Source: Eubacteriales bacterium (GTDB lineage Bacteria; Bacillota; Clostridia; Saccharofermentanales; UBA5734). From it: a stretch of 48,810 nucleotides of DNA. Under the pieces are notes generated by a model. That model did no database searches, was not told where the DNA came from, and saw only the letters and a list, made by a program, of their open reading frames with translations. Where the stretch lies: positions 1 through 48,810 of the forward strand of contig JAQVYV010000001.1 in the NCBI GenBank assembly GCA_028708525.1, read 5' to 3'. The translations under genes and the position numbers were made by a program. Of this stretch, positions 34,453 to 46,517 are shown piece by piece; the first letter of the stretch is position 1, and every line of letters starts with the position of its first letter.

Positions 34453-36150
34453 ATGAAGACGATACTTGTTGCACTGAATGCTACATATAATCACACAAAT
34501 CCGGCTGTCAGATATCTTGAAAGATATTTCAATGACAAGCACGGGTCCAAAGCGACTTGTTCGCTTTATGTCAGAGAGTTTTCAATAAATGATGATGAAG
34601 AAAGTGTGCTGGATACTCTTATAAGGGACAAGGGCGACATATATGCTTTTTCATGCTATGTATGGAACATAAGATATATTCTTGATATTACTTCCGATCT
34701 GAAGAAGGTCATGCCGGATATTAGAATAATTCTCGGAGGCCCTGAAGTAATGTATGAAGACCATTTGTTTTATGAAATCAACAAACAGATAGATGTCATC
34801 GTAAGGGGACAAGGCGAAAAGGTTTTGGCCAAACTGATATGCGGCGATATACCCATGAGTAGATTTATTGAAGGTGAGACACTGAGTATTTCATCCCGAC
34901 CTTTTATTTACGACGGAATATCTGTTTTCGATGATAATAAACAATATTATTATGAAACAGCTTCCGGTTGTCCATTTAGTTGTACTTACTGCCTTTCGGG
35001 AGCTTACACCAAAGTTGATCCTCTTCCTGCTGAAAGAGTTATAAGAGAAGTCGATGCTTTTATTTCAGGGAAAGCACGGATAATCAAGCTTGTTGACCGA
35101 ACTTTCAATTTCGACGACAGAAGAGCATATGAAATATGGAGTCATATCATCAAAAGGTACAATGAGAAACCATTCAATACGGTGTTTCATTTTGAAATAT
35201 CTGCCGATCTCCTTTCTGATAAAACACTGAAACTGCTGGAAAGCGCTCCTGCCGGTATTTTCAGATTTGAGTGCGGGGTCCAGTCAGTTAATGGATCAGT
35301 CCTGGAAAATGTTCGCAGACGTTCTGACATATCAAGGATATTGGAAAATGTAAAGAAACTTGTTTCCTCAGGTAATATTGAGATCCATGTTGATCTGATC
35401 GCCGGTCTTCCGGAAGAAAATATTGTTTCGATCGCGAATTCTTACAATGCTGTATATGATTCAGGTGTCAGCATGGTCCAGCTTGGATTCCTGAAAGTGC
35501 TCAAAGGAAGTGTCATAAGAGATGAGGCTGAGCGATTTGGACTGGTTTATTCAGATATGGCACCTTATAAGATACTTTCAACTTCGCATCTCAGTTTCGA
35601 GGAATTAGGATTACTGCGCAGGATAGCACGTATGACAGAAATCTATCATAACTCGGGGAATTACATTGGATCGTTGAGGTATATTTCGAAAGAAGCTTTT
35701 GATAACGATCATTTCGGGATGTTCAGAGCTTTGGCAGATGAGTATGAGACCAGAGGCGGATTTAAGAGAGCATTTTCTGCTAAAGAAAACTTACTTGTGC
35801 TACTCGAAGCAGGAAGAAACACACTTAAGCAAAATGCAAGATCTTCTGACCATGTGTTTCTGATGTTCCGTGATTTGTTGAAGTTTGATAAATACAGATA
35901 TGACGCACGTTCTGAGATATCTGAACTTAAAATGAATATGTCCTCACGGCATCCGGATCTGTCAGAAGATATCACATCAGAGATCCGCCGGAAATTTAAT
36001 AAGGTAAAGACAGGAAGGATGAGGTGTGAGAGATATATTTTCGATGTTGAATATTATATGGAAACCGGGGTGATCCGTTCCGGTGATCATTTCGTGTTTT
36101 ACGATGTATCTTTGCCGAAGCCCAGAATATTAGGAAGTGCAAAAATCTAA
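34453..36150 (+). CDS. B12-binding-domain radical SAM protein with DUF4080-type C-terminus
   Basis: N-terminal Rossmann-like B12-binding module (MKTILVALNATYNHTNPAVRYL...ILGGPEV). Radical SAM motif ASGCPFSCTYCLS. Long C-terminal extension. Confidence 0.8.
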   Translation: MKTILVALNATYNHTNPAVRYLERYFNDKHGSKATCSLYVREFSINDDEESVLDTLIRDKGDIYAFSCYVWNIRYILDITSDLKKVMPDIRIILGGPEVMYEDHLFYEINKQIDVIVRGQGEKVLAKLICGDIPMSRFIEGETLSISSRPFIYDGISVFDDNKQYYYETASGCPFSCTYCLSGAYTKVDPLPAERVIREVDAFISGKARIIKLVDRTFNFDDRRAYEIWSHIIKRYNEKPFNTVFHFEISADLLSDKTLKLLESAPAGIFRFECGVQSVNGSVLENVRRRSDISRILENVKKLVSSGNIEIHVDLIAGLPEENIVSIANSYNAVYDSGVSMVQLGFLKVLKGSVIRDEAERFGLVYSDMAPYKILSTSHLSFEELGLLRRIARMTEIYHNSGNYIGSLRYISKEAFDNDHFGMFRALADEYETRGGFKRAFSAKENLLVLLEAGRNTLKQNARSSDHVFLMFRDLLKFDKYRYDARSEISELKMNMSSRHPDLSEDITSEIRRKFNKVKTGRMRCERYIFDVEYYMETGVIRSGDHFVFYDVSLPKPRILGSAKI

Positions 36151-36225
36151 AAGGTATATTATAATTATTCAGATATTTGCACCAGCAGCAGAATCGAAAA
36201 GAACAGATGATAATTGGAGGTAATA

Positions 36226-37569
36226 ATGATCAGATTTGACTATTCAAACGCAGCCGGCTTTCTGAGTTCTCAGGAGATAACAAATATATCTAAATTCACA
36301 AAAGTGGCTCATGAAATGTTACATAAGAGAAACGGAGCAGGAAGTGATTTTACAGGTTGGGTCGACCACCCTGCCAAATATAACAGAGAAGAAGTTCGCA
36401 GGATCCGCAAAGCAGCTTCTGCTATACGCAAGAATTCTGATGTGTTGGTTGTGATAGGTATCGGAGGCTCATATCTTGGTGCCAGAGCAGCAGTTGAAAT
36501 GCTGACCCATAACTTCTCCCAGATGGCATCAAAGCGCATAAGGAAAGCACCGCAGATAATTTTCGCCGGAAACAATCTAAGCTCGGTATACATGGCCGAC
36601 TTACTTGAGGTCATCGAGGGAAAGGAAGTTTCTGTTAATGTTATCTCTAAATCAGGTACAACAACAGAGCCTGCCATAGCTTTCAGAATTCTTAAAGAAT
36701 ATATGGAGAAGAGATACGGGCCGGATGGAGCAAAGAAAAGGATCTTTGCTACTACGGACAGCAGTAAAGGTGCTTTAAAGAAACTGGCTGATGCAAAGGG
36801 GTATGAAACTTTTGTTATACCTGACGATATCGGCGGCCGGTTCTCTGTTCTTACGGCAGTCGGACTTCTCCCGATCGCAGTTGCCGGTATTGATATCCAA
36901 AGCATGCTTAAAGGTGCTAAGGATGCAATGCTGCTTTACAGAAATCCGATTCCTGATCAGAATGATTGTTATATGTATGCAATGATTAGAAATATATTAC
37001 TCAGAAAAGGGTATGAGATAGAGATAATGGCCAATTATGAACCCGGACTTCATTTTATGACAGAGTGGTGGAAACAGCTTTTCGGAGAAAGCGAAGGAAA
37101 GGACGGCCGCGGCATATTTCCTGCAGGTGTGGATTACACTACGGATCTGCACTCCATGGGACAATACGTTCAGGACGGGCGCAGAATGGTTTTCGAAACT
37201 GTTATCAATGTCGAAAGGCCTGCAGCGAAAATCGAAATACCATATGATTCCGAAGATCAGGACGGATTGAATTTCCTTGCCGGGATGGATATGGATGAAG
37301 TCAATAAGAACGCGATGCATGGCACTATTCTTGCTCATGTCGACGGTAAAGTGCCTAACCTTATGATAAGTATTCCCGAAATGACTCCGTACTGGTTCGG
37401 CCAGCTGGTTTATTTCTTTGAAAAAGCATGTGGTATAAGCGGATATCTGCTGACGGTAAATCCTTTCGATCAGCCGGGTGTGGAGGCTTATAAGAAGAAT
37501 ATGTTCGCGCTTCTTGGTAAGCCCGGGTATGAGAAAGAGAAAGCAGCACTTGAAAAAAGGCTGAAGTGA
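36226..37569 (+). CDS. pgi: glucose-6-phosphate isomerase
   Basis: [47 protein letters not shown], and [15 protein letters not shown] 36226 follows GGAGG. The track start is a TTG at 36214. Confidence 0.93.
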   Translation: MIRFDYSNAAGFLSSQEITNISKFTKVAHEMLHKRNGAGSDFTGWVDHPAKYNREEVRRIRKAASAIRKNSDVLVVIGIGGSYLGARAAVEMLTHNFSQMASKRIRKAPQIIFAGNNLSSVYMADLLEVIEGKEVSVNVISKSGTTTEPAIAFRILKEYMEKRYGPDGAKKRIFATTDSSKGALKKLADAKGYETFVIPDDIGGRFSVLTAVGLLPIAVAGIDIQSMLKGAKDAMLLYRNPIPDQNDCYMYAMIRNILLRKGYEIEIMANYEPGLHFMTEWWKQLFGESEGKDGRGIFPAGVDYTTDLHSMGQYVQDGRRMVFETVINVERPAAKIEIPYDSEDQDGLNFLAGMDMDEVNKNAMHGTILAHVDGKVPNLMISIPEMTPYWFGQLVYFFEKACGISGYLLTVNPFDQPGVEAYKKNMFALLGKPGYEKEKAALEKRLK

Positions 37570-37584
37570 TCCTCAGCCTTTCTT
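37558..37584. terminator. intrinsic terminator shared by convergent pgi and the ilvE/small-membrane-protein unit
   Basis: AGGCTGA (37558-64) pairs with TCAGCCT (37573-79), flanked by an A-run upstream and TTCTT downstream. The stem includes the pgi stop codon. Confidence 0.7.
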
Positions 37585-37608
37585 GCATCGTTCGATATAT
37601 TATGTGAT

Positions 37609-37824
37609 CTATCTGTTTATCAGGTACATGTAGAAAAATACAGCTCCGACTGTGAATATCAGAAGAAAAATGATCAGAAGTGACAGCATCATCATTATGA
37701 AACCGTTGTGTCTGAGTTTCTTCTTATTCTTTACTCTGCCATAGATCCATACTCCCATTCCGATGAATACAGGTGCTACGGTGAAAAATAACAATGCTAT
37801 AAGTAATAATGTATCAGGCATCAT
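37609..37824 (-). CDS. small two-TM membrane protein, unknown function
   Basis: 71 aa with two hydrophobic helices around a KKKLRH loop. Its ATG overlaps the ilvE stop (ATGA), suggesting real co-translation. Confidence 0.5.
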   Translation of the reverse strand: MMPDTLLLIALLFFTVAPVFIGMGVWIYGRVKNKKKLRHNGFIMMMLSLLIIFLLIFTVGAVFFYMYLINR

Positions 37825-38894
37825 ACCACCTTTTCGATCCAGTTGAACTCATCAGGGATAAGTCCGTATTGTATCCCTGTGATAGTTGAATACAGTTTCT
37901 GACTTAGGTTTCCTATCTTATTATCGTTAAATATGACCTTCTTGCTATTCCAAAACAATTCACCTACGGGAGAAATAACTGCTGCAGTACCGGAACCGAA
38001 AACCTCTGATACACGCCCATCGAGTGCTTTAGTGAATACTTCATCGATAGATATCCTGCGTTCCTCAACATCGATGCCCCAACTTCGCGCAAGTTCGATG
38101 ACAGTCTTACGGGTTATGCCCGGCAGAGTGCTTCCGTCAAGAGAAGGTGTGACCAGTTTACCGTCTATAACGAAGAAAACATTCATTGATCCGACTTCTT
38201 CTATGTATTTTCGCTCAACACCATCCAACCATAAAACCTGAACATATCCGGACTCATATGCTTTAGCCTGAGATGCGAGACTTGCAGCGTAATTTCCCGG
38301 TGTTTTGGCAAATCCTGTTCCGCCTACTACTGCGCGTACGTATTCCTGTTCCACATAGATCTTGACCGGATCGAGACCTTGCGGATAGTAAGGTCCTGAA
38401 GGAGAAAGAATTACCATGAATTTATAAGTCTTAGATGGTCTTACACCGAGGAAAGTGTCTGTGGCAAAAATAAACGGTCTTATATATAGTGATGTTCCCG
38501 TTGATGACGGTACCCAGTCTTTCTCTAACTCAACCAGTGCTTTCACACATTTGACCATGTATTCCGGATCGATCTGCGGAATAACCATCCTGTTGTTGGA
38601 AACATTGATCCTGCGCATATTCTCGATAGGGCGGAAAAGAACAACTGAGCCATCAGTGGTACGATAGGCTTTCATTCCTTCGAAAATTGCCTGGCCATAA
38701 TGAAGTATCATTGAAGAGGGATCTATTGAGATAGGAGAATATGGTTCTATTCTTGGATCATACCATCCTTTATCCTCTGCATAATCCATTACAAACATGT
38801 GATCGGTGAATATCCTGCCGAATCCAAGACTTGATTCATCTGCCGGTTTGGGTTTTAGATTCTCTGACATCGTTATTGTGATTTTCTGATCCAT
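37821..38894 (-). CDS. ilvE: branched-chain amino acid aminotransferase
   Basis: 357-aa class IV enzyme of the long IlvE type: FGRIFTDHMF, YGQAIFEGMKAY, YIRPF, GFAKTPGNYAASL, GITR. Confidence 0.93.
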   Translation of the reverse strand: MDQKITITMSENLKPKPADESSLGFGRIFTDHMFVMDYAEDKGWYDPRIEPYSPISIDPSSMILHYGQAIFEGMKAYRTTDGSVVLFRPIENMRRINVSNNRMVIPQIDPEYMVKCVKALVELEKDWVPSSTGTSLYIRPFIFATDTFLGVRPSKTYKFMVILSPSGPYYPQGLDPVKIYVEQEYVRAVVGGTGFAKTPGNYAASLASQAKAYESGYVQVLWLDGVERKYIEEVGSMNVFFVIDGKLVTPSLDGSTLPGITRKTVIELARSWGIDVEERRISIDEVFTKALDGRVSEVFGSGTAAVISPVGELFWNSKKVIFNDNKIGNLSQKLYSTITGIQYGLIPDEFNWIEKVV

Positions 38895-38978
38895 TTCCGA
38901 GCCTCCTGAGACATAAATGTAAATATATATGGAACATTATAAGCATACCTTTATAAAACAACAAGTACAATCGTCATA

Positions 38979-38987
38979 TGATATAAT
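38979..38987 (+). promoter_or_regulatory. candidate extended -10 promoter element for uvrB
   Basis: TGATATAAT (TGnTATAAT) lies 27 nt upstream of the uvrB ATG. There is no convincing -35. Confidence 0.3.
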
Positions 38988-39013
38988 TTATACTATACAT
39001 TCCGGAGGTGAAA

Positions 39014-41020
39014 ATGCCCGATTTTAAACTTGTTACAGACATGATGCCTGCCGGTGACCAGCCTGCAGCTATTGATAAACTTTTGCGGGGAATAGGTCAC
39101 GGATACCCGTTTCAGACTCTTATGGGTGTCACCGGTTCCGGCAAAACATATACTATGGCTAATATGATCGCCAGACTCAACCGCCCTGCGCTGGTAATCG
39201 CACATAATAAAACTCTTGCAGGACAACTTTGTGAAGAATTCCGTACTTTTTTCCCGGAGAACGCAGTCGAATATTTTGTTTCATACTACGACTACTATCA
39301 GCCTGAAGCTTATATCCCATCCTCAGATACTTATATTGAGAAAGATTCAGCAATAAATGAAGAAATAGATCGTCTTCGACATTCGGCTACGGCTTCACTT
39401 CTTGAAAGAAGAGACGTTATCGTTGTTGCCAGTGTCTCTTGTATTTATGGATTAGGTGATCCTGAAGATTACAGAAGTCTGATGCTTTCTATCCGCCCCG
39501 GCATGCAGATCGGAAGAGATAAACTGATCAAAGCACTGATCGCGCAACAGTATGACAGAAATGATTATGAACTGAAAAGAGCTACGTTCAGAGTTAGAGG
39601 TGATAGCCTGGATATAATTCCTGCAGAAGCGAATAATGTGATCATACGTGTTTCTTTCTTCGGGGATGAGGTAGAGAAGATATATGAAGTCGACCCTGTC
39701 ACAGGGAAAAGCAAAGGGACCAGGAATCATGTTGCTGTTTTCCCGGCTTCTCATTACATAACCACTCCTGAGAAAATGAGTTCAGCTGTTGTGGCAATAG
39801 AGAAAGAACTTGACGAAAGACTCGAGGAACTAAAGTCGGAAGGTAAACTGCTTGAAGCTTACAGGCTTGAACAGAGGACGATGTATGACCTTGACATGCT
39901 TAAAGAAACCGGATTCTGTAAAGGGATAGAAAATTATTCGCGTCATATTTCAGGTAGGCAGAAAGGTTCGGCTCCGTTTACGCTGATCGATTTTTTCCCG
40001 GAAGACTACCTTTTATTCATAGATGAATCTCATGTGACTGTTCCTCAGATAGGGGCAATGTTCAACGGAGACCATTCAAGGAAAAGCTCATTGATCGATT
40101 TTGGATTCAGACTTCCTTCTGCATTCGACAACAGACCTTTAAACTTCGCAGAGTTCGAAATGAGGATGGGGCAGACCGTTTTCGTTAGTGCAACTCCTTC
40201 AACATACGAAAAGGAACATTCGCAGCAGACAGTTGAACAGATAATCAGACCGACAGGGCTTCTTGACCCTGAAATCTCCATCCGCCCTGTACAAGGTCAG
40301 ATAGATGATCTGATGGAAGAGATCAAAGATACTGTATCTAAAGGTGAACGTTCACTTGTACTGACGCTTACCAAACGAATGGCGGAAGATCTTTCCGAGT
40401 TTCTCGGAAGAGAGGGACTGAAAGTCAAATACCTTCATTCTGATATTGATACAGTTGAAAGAATGAAGATATTGAGAGAACTAAGACAAGGAAAATTTGA
40501 TGTCCTCGTAGGTATCAACCTGTTACGCGAAGGTCTGGATCTTCCGGAAGTATCACTTATTGCGATCCTGGATGCGGATAAAGAAGGATTTCTGAGATCG
40601 GTCACATCACTTATCCAAATCATCGGACGTGCCGCAAGAAATTTGAACGGCAAGGTAATAATGTATGCGGACAAAATCACCGATTCGATGATGAACGCTG
40701 TCGCTGAGACGAACAGACGAAGAGAAATACAGAAGAAGTATAATGAGGATAATGGTATCACACCGAGATCTATCAGAAAGGAAATACGTGAAGCGATCGA
40801 TACATTTGAGGAAATAGCTTCCGATGATGAAATACATACTACAGTTGAAGGTTTGCTTAAAGGTACAGCTTTGTCTGAGATGACTTATGCCGGGAAACAG
40901 AAACTTAAAGCTAAGGTCGAAAAGGAAATGAGAGAAGCTGCGAAACGCCTTGATTTTGAGCAGGCTGCTATTTTGAGAGATTTTCTGATGTCACTTAAAA
41001 TCGATGATAGATTGAATTAA
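39014..41020 (+). CDS. uvrB: excinuclease ABC subunit B
   Basis: [17 protein letters not shown] (Walker A), DESH, the helicase motifs, and the C-terminal UVR domain (FEQAAILRD). Confidence 0.97.
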   Translation: MPDFKLVTDMMPAGDQPAAIDKLLRGIGHGYPFQTLMGVTGSGKTYTMANMIARLNRPALVIAHNKTLAGQLCEEFRTFFPENAVEYFVSYYDYYQPEAYIPSSDTYIEKDSAINEEIDRLRHSATASLLERRDVIVVASVSCIYGLGDPEDYRSLMLSIRPGMQIGRDKLIKALIAQQYDRNDYELKRATFRVRGDSLDIIPAEANNVIIRVSFFGDEVEKIYEVDPVTGKSKGTRNHVAVFPASHYITTPEKMSSAVVAIEKELDERLEELKSEGKLLEAYRLEQRTMYDLDMLKETGFCKGIENYSRHISGRQKGSAPFTLIDFFPEDYLLFIDESHVTVPQIGAMFNGDHSRKSSLIDFGFRLPSAFDNRPLNFAEFEMRMGQTVFVSATPSTYEKEHSQQTVEQIIRPTGLLDPEISIRPVQGQIDDLMEEIKDTVSKGERSLVLTLTKRMAEDLSEFLGREGLKVKYLHSDIDTVERMKILRELRQGKFDVLVGINLLREGLDLPEVSLIAILDADKEGFLRSVTSLIQIIGRAARNLNGKVIMYADKITDSMMNAVAETNRRREIQKKYNEDNGITPRSIRKEIREAIDTFEEIASDDEIHTTVEGLLKGTALSEMTYAGKQKLKAKVEKEMREAAKRLDFEQAAILRDFLMSLKIDDRLN

Positions 41021-41069
41021 GCTTTATGCAATGTTATTATTTTGGTAAAAGCATCGGGGGGAACAGACT

Positions 41070-42809
41070 ATGTCAACTCAATCAGATAAACTATTTAAAC
41101 TTTGGTCGGAAGACCCGTTTTTTTCAGAAGATACGCGAAGAGAATTAATAGAAATAGCTGATGACAGTCAGGAAATAACGGAAAGATTTTATAAGTATCT
41201 TGAATTTGGGACCGGCGGATTAAGAGGGATAATCGGTGCGGGAACAAACAGAATGAATATCTATACTGTTGCGCATGCGACTGAAGGATTTGCCAGGTAT
41301 CTGGACCGTCCTGAATACGCTGACAGGGAACGACGCGTTGTAGTTTCGTATGATTCGCGAAGATTCTCAAGAGAATTTGCAATGGTAACCTCCCTTGTTT
41401 TCGCATCGCACGGGATCAAAGTGTTGCTTTCGGATGAACTGAGACCTACTCCGATGCTTTCATATGCTGTAAGGCATTTTGACGCACTCGGAGGTGTTAT
41501 GATAACGGCAAGCCATAATCCGGCAAAATACAACGGTTATAAGGCATATGGTGAAGATGGCGGGCAGATGCCGCCTGAAGCCGCTTCTAATATACTCGAA
41601 TCTATGCACTCGATAGATGATATCAGGACACTCAGATGGATTAGTGAAGAAGAGGCGTTTGCAAAGGGACTGATCGAATACTTCGGAAGCGAGTTTGACG
41701 AAGTATATATAGACATGCTGAAGAGTCTTGTAATAGATCAAAGGGCAATTGAAGACAACAGAGATATGAAAATAGTATACACTCCTCTGCACGGAGCCGG
41801 ACTGAAACCTGTGACCACTATCCTGTCTGAGCTTGGTTTCAGAAATGTTTATGTTGTAAAGGAACAGAGCAAACCTGACCCTGATTTTTCCACAGTCAGA
41901 TCGCCTAATCCGGAGGAAAGATCAGCATTGAAAATGGCCATGGATCTTGCAACTGAAGTTAATGCCGACCTTGTCGTAGCAACTGATCCTGATGGAGACA
42001 GGACCGGACTTGTTGTCAGAGAACCGGACGGAGATTTTTCTGTATTAAGCGGAAATCAAATAGGGTTATTGCTTATGGATCACATCCTTTCAGCGAAGGA
42101 AGAAGCCGGTACTCTCACACCATTATCTTTTACTGTTACTACTATTGTTTCATCCAAGCTTACAAGAAGAATAGCCAAGAGATATGGAGTAAGATTGTTT
42201 GAGGTCCTGACAGGGTTTAAATTCATTGCAGAGATCATCAAAGAATATGATGAGAATGGTGACATGTCTTTTGAATTTGGTTTTGAAGAGAGCTATGGAT
42301 TTCTTGCCGGGAAAGATGTCAGAGATAAAGATGCCGTGGTGGCTATAATGCTGATTGCTGAAATGGCTGCGTCTGCAAGGAGCAGAGGGAAGTCACTTTA
42401 TGATGTTTTACAGGAACTGTATGAAAAGTACGGCTATGCTGCTGAAAAGACTATATCGATAACTTTTGAGGGGAAAGAAGGGATCGAGAAAATCAGAGAT
42501 GCAATGACCGCTATGAGACAAGCAAAACACAGCTCGATAGGGGATGTCAGTATAGCGAGCATATCTGATTACCTTGGATCGGAGATAACCGACCATGTTA
42601 CGGGTAAGACTGTCCCTCTCGATTTTGAGAAATCAAATGTATTACTTTACTCTCTTGGTGATGATGACTGGTTTTGCATACGTCCGTCCGGTACGGAACC
42701 TAAAATCAAAATCTATTTCGGTATATACGGAAAAGATAGAATCATATGCGAGAAACGTCTGGATGACGTTTCTAAGGTGATTGAAAAGCATATAAGAGAA
42801 CTGCTATGA
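41070..42809 (+). CDS. pgcA: phosphoglucomutase/phosphomannomutase-family phospho-sugar mutase (PgcA-type)
   Basis: Active-site TASHNPAKYNGYK, Mg loop ATDPDGDR, sugar loop GFEESYG, and phosphate loop RPSGTEPKIK. Confidence 0.9.
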   Translation: MSTQSDKLFKLWSEDPFFSEDTRRELIEIADDSQEITERFYKYLEFGTGGLRGIIGAGTNRMNIYTVAHATEGFARYLDRPEYADRERRVVVSYDSRRFSREFAMVTSLVFASHGIKVLLSDELRPTPMLSYAVRHFDALGGVMITASHNPAKYNGYKAYGEDGGQMPPEAASNILESMHSIDDIRTLRWISEEEAFAKGLIEYFGSEFDEVYIDMLKSLVIDQRAIEDNRDMKIVYTPLHGAGLKPVTTILSELGFRNVYVVKEQSKPDPDFSTVRSPNPEERSALKMAMDLATEVNADLVVATDPDGDRTGLVVREPDGDFSVLSGNQIGLLLMDHILSAKEEAGTLTPLSFTVTTIVSSKLTRRIAKRYGVRLFEVLTGFKFIAEIIKEYDENGDMSFEFGFEESYGFLAGKDVRDKDAVVAIMLIAEMAASARSRGKSLYDVLQELYEKYGYAAEKTISITFEGKEGIEKIRDAMTAMRQAKHSSIGDVSIASISDYLGSEITDHVTGKTVPLDFEKSNVLLYSLGDDDWFCIRPSGTEPKIKIYFGIYGKDRIICEKRLDDVSKVIEKHIRELL

Positions 42810-45800
42810 GTTTTGTCCATTTACACCTTCATACAGAGTACAGCCTTCTTGATGGTGCTATAAGAATAAAGTCCCTTCCATCTGCTTTGAAAGAAATGGG
42901 AATGAATGCTTGTGCCATAACTGATCATGGAGCGATGTACGGAGTCGTTGATTTCTATAACGCATGTATCAAAGAAAAGATCAAGCCGATCATCGGTTGT
43001 GAGATATATGTTGCCAGAAGATCAAGATTTGATAAAGATGCTGCTTTGGATAGTCATCCTTATCATCTGATACTTCTTGCGAAAACCAATGAAGGCTTGA
43101 AAAATTTGATGAAACTTGACTCGCTTGCATTTGTAGAAGGTTTTTACAATAAACCAAGAGTTGACAGAGAAAGTCTTGAGATGTATTCATCGGGATTGAT
43201 AGCATTAAGTGCTTGTCTTGGCGGTGAGGTTCCCGGACGTGTGCTTGAAGGCGACCCCGCCGGTGCCCGCGAAGTTGCGAAATATTATGACCGGATCTTC
43301 GGAAGAGGAAATTTCTATATAGAACTTCAGAGTAACGGGATACCTGAACAGACACAGGTCAATGCAGCGCTTATAAGTATTTCTAATGAAACAGGAATTC
43401 CGGTTGTCGCAACTAACGACTGTCATTATTTACGGAAAACAGATGCAAGAGCTCATGACATACTTCTTTGTATGCAGACTGCTTCTAAGGTCAGCGATCC
43501 TAAACGAATGCGTATGAGTTCGGAAGAGTTTTATGTGAAATCACCCGAAGAAATGGCTGAAAGCTTTAAAGGTATACCGGGAGCCATAGAAAACTCTCTC
43601 CTGATTGCAGATAAATGCAATGTTACGATGGAGTTTGGCAAAATCCATCTTCCTGAATTTAAAGCTCCCGATGATTATGAAACCAACAGGGAGTATTTAC
43701 AAGCTCTTGCAGAAAAGGGTCTGGCTGAAAGACTTTCTGTTTCTTCTTATGCATCACAGAAAGAATACAGCGAACGCCTGAAATATGAGCTTGATATAAT
43801 CTCTAAAATGGGATTTACTGACTACTATCTTATAGTTTGGGATTTTATAGATTTTGCCAGAAAATCCGGGATAACTGTTGGCCCGGGAAGAGGTTCAGGT
43901 GCAGGTTCTCTGGCTGCTTATTGTTTGAAGATCACTGATATCGACCCTTTAAGGTTTGGGTTGATTTTCGAAAGATTCCTGAACGTCGACAGGGTCAGCA
44001 TGCCTGATTTCGATATAGATTTCTGCTATGTAAGACGTCCGGAAGTAATCGATTATGTTACTTCGAAATACGGTAAGGAAAGAGTCGCACAAGTAATTGC
44101 ATTTGGAACGCTTGCTGCCCGTGCAGCAGTGAAAGATGTTGCGCGAGCTTTAGATATACCTTTTGCCGAATCGGACAGAATAGCCAAGATGATCCCAAGA
44201 GCTGTCGACATGACTCTGAAGAAAGCTTTGGAGATATCTGCTGAACTTAAAGCAGATTATGAAAGTAACCCCCAAACTCGTGAAGTTCTTGATACTGCGA
44301 TGCTGTTTGAAGGGATCCCCAAGAACCCTACGACTCATGCCGCGGGAGTTATCATATCAGGCGTTCCTATAACTGATATAGCACCATTGTCGCGTAACGA
44401 GGACAATATAGTAGTTCAGTATGCTAAAGGCAATATAGAATTGGCAGGACTGCTGAAATTTGATTTCTTAGGTCTTCGCACACTAACAGTCATGAAGGAT
44501 GCAACTGACCTGATCAAAACCAGATATGGTGAAGATGTAGATTTTGAACGTATGACGATGGATGATCCTGAGATTTTCAAGATGATCACAGAAGGCAGCA
44601 CTGACGGAGTTTTTCAACTTGAAAGTTCAGGGATGACCAATTTTATGAAGGAATTGAAACCTGAGAACATAGAGGATATCATAGCGGGAATATCTCTTTT
44701 CAGGCCGGGACCTATGGATGGGATCCCGAGATATGTTGCCGCAAAGCACGACAGGAGTAAAATAACTTTTTCTCATCCGCTTCTTGAACCGATCCTGGAT
44801 GTTACGTACGGTTGTATAGTGTATCAGGAACAGGTAATGCGTATAGTCCGTGACCTGGCAGGATTTTCAATGGGACAGTCAGATATCGTCAGAAGAGCCA
44901 TGTCCAAGAAGAAACCTGCTGAGCTTGCTAAGTACAGAACAATGTTCATTGACGGGGGAGTTGATGAAAAAGGTAATGTGGTGGAGGGGGCGCTTAAAAG
45001 AGGTGTGTCTGAGAAAATAGCTGAATCTATTTTCGATGATGTGCTGAAATTCGGTGGATATGCTTTTAACAAGTCACATGCTGCGGCATATGCAGTGATC
45101 GCATATAATACTGCATGGCTGAAATATCATTATCCTGTGGAGTTCATGTCATCCATGCTCAATAGTTTCATGGGGGATCTTGAGCAGGCTGCACGTTATA
45201 TCAACGCTTGTAAGAAAATGGGTATAGAGATACTGCCGCCCGATATAAATTTGAGTTGTGACAAATTTATTCCGGAAAATGGCAAGATAAGATTTGCGCT
45301 TTCTGCTGTGAAGAATGTCGGAAACGGACTTATATGCGAAGTTATTAAAGAAAGAGAGAGCTCCGGGAGATTTGAGTCATTCAGGGATTTTATCGAAAGA
45401 ATGATGGAGCATGACATCAACAAGAAGATGGTAGAAAGTCTGGTCAAAGCATCTGCTTTTGATTCTTTTGGTGATACCAGATCTACACTGATGGCATTGA
45501 TCGAACCGTTTATAAATAATCTTACCGCTGAAAGAAAGTCGAAGATGGAAGGTCAGCTATCCCTTTTTGAATTAAATCAGGAGGAGATGGAGGGATCAGA
45601 CAAGAGTGTTCTTGATATAATACTTCCGGAGTATACTGAGAGTGAACTTCTTGCGATGGAGAAGGAAGTGCTGGGAATATATGTCTCCGGACACCCTATG
45701 AATGCTTTTGCTTCTTTGCTGGAGGGCCGAGTAACCTGTGACAGTCTGGCTTTCAGTCCTGCAACTCCTGAAGAGGAGGATGCAGGCATTATCGAGCAAA

Positions 45801-46447
45801 GGGTCTGTGACGGTCAGAGGATCGTAGTTGCGGGGGTTTGTGTCAGCAGAAGGACAAGACCGACAAGAAATGGTGAACTGATGGCGAATATAATTATTGA
45901 GGATCTGAACGGTCAGTTCGGTTGCGTTGTCTTTCCCAGAACTCTCCTTGAATACAGCTCTGTTATCCGAGAGGGAAATGCTTTGATAATATCCGGTAAG
46001 GTAAGTGCTAAAGAGGACGAAAACCCTGAACTGATAGCTATGAATTTTGCTTTGCTTAATGAAAATACAACTAAATTGCCCGGATTCCCTGTCCTTAAGC
46101 GATCCAATATAACGGCAAACGGAGCCTATGTGCCAGGGGGTGGGGAAGGATTAAACGATTATTTCTGCAATACCGGATCGGAAGATATCCATCTTCTTTC
46201 AGATGACACTTCCGCGGATGACATAGGGAAGCGATTGCTTATCAGCTATCCGGGTTCGGCAGAAGACAAAGGCTATAGCAGACTTCTGGCGACATTGGAG
46301 TATTTCAGCGGTGATATGCCCGTGAGTATAGAATTTTCTGACGGCAAAATAAAATTACTCGAAGGAAAATACCGGGTCACATTTGATGATGCAACTATGG
46401 CTGTTTTAATGAAAAGATATGGATTTTCATCTGTAAGACTCATATGA
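42806..46447 (+). CDS. dnaE: DNA polymerase III alpha subunit (DnaE type)
   Basis: PHP domain FVHLHLHTEYSLLDG, polymerase core GPGRGSGAGSL, PDFDIDF, FNKSHAAAY, and an OB fold. The start overlaps the pgcA stop (ATGA). Confidence 0.97.
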   Translation: MSFVHLHLHTEYSLLDGAIRIKSLPSALKEMGMNACAITDHGAMYGVVDFYNACIKEKIKPIIGCEIYVARRSRFDKDAALDSHPYHLILLAKTNEGLKNLMKLDSLAFVEGFYNKPRVDRESLEMYSSGLIALSACLGGEVPGRVLEGDPAGAREVAKYYDRIFGRGNFYIELQSNGIPEQTQVNAALISISNETGIPVVATNDCHYLRKTDARAHDILLCMQTASKVSDPKRMRMSSEEFYVKSPEEMAESFKGIPGAIENSLLIADKCNVTMEFGKIHLPEFKAPDDYETNREYLQALAEKGLAERLSVSSYASQKEYSERLKYELDIISKMGFTDYYLIVWDFIDFARKSGITVGPGRGSGAGSLAAYCLKITDIDPLRFGLIFERFLNVDRVSMPDFDIDFCYVRRPEVIDYVTSKYGKERVAQVIAFGTLAARAAVKDVARALDIPFAESDRIAKMIPRAVDMTLKKALEISAELKADYESNPQTREVLDTAMLFEGIPKNPTTHAAGVIISGVPITDIAPLSRNEDNIVVQYAKGNIELAGLLKFDFLGLRTLTVMKDATDLIKTRYGEDVDFERMTMDDPEIFKMITEGSTDGVFQLESSGMTNFMKELKPENIEDIIAGISLFRPGPMDGIPRYVAAKHDRSKITFSHPLLEPILDVTYGCIVYQEQVMRIVRDLAGFSMGQSDIVRRAMSKKKPAELAKYRTMFIDGGVDEKGNVVEGALKRGVSEKIAESIFDDVLKFGGYAFNKSHAAAYAVIAYNTAWLKYHYPVEFMSSMLNSFMGDLEQAARYINACKKMGIEILPPDINLSCDKFIPENGKIRFALSAVKNVGNGLICEVIKERESSGRFESFRDFIERMMEHDINKKMVESLVKASAFDSFGDTRSTLMALIEPFINNLTAERKSKMEGQLSLFELNQEEMEGSDKSVLDIILPEYTESELLAMEKEVLGIYVSGHPMNAFASLLEGRVTCDSLAFSPATPEEEDAGIIEQRVCDGQRIVVAGVCVSRRTRPTRNGELMANIIIEDLNGQFGCVVFPRTLLEYSSVIREGNALIISGKVSAKEDENPELIAMNFALLNENTTKLPGFPVLKRSNITANGAYVPGGGEGLNDYFCNTGSEDIHLLSDDTSADDIGKRLLISYPGSAEDKGYSRLLATLEYFSGDMPVSIEFSDGKIKLLEGKYRVTFDDATMAVLMKRYGFSSVRLI

Positions 46448-46517
46448 CAGTAATAATTTGCAGAATATCTGATATAATTATTTTTTGGCGGAGTTGATAA
46501 GCTCCCGGGAGGTGTTA

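Noticed and set aside
38895-39013. Search for a LexA/Cheo box (GAAC-N4-GTTC) upstream of uvrB.
   Set aside because: Only a half-site-like GGAACATTATAAG is present, with no GTTC partner. No SOS operator can be supported.
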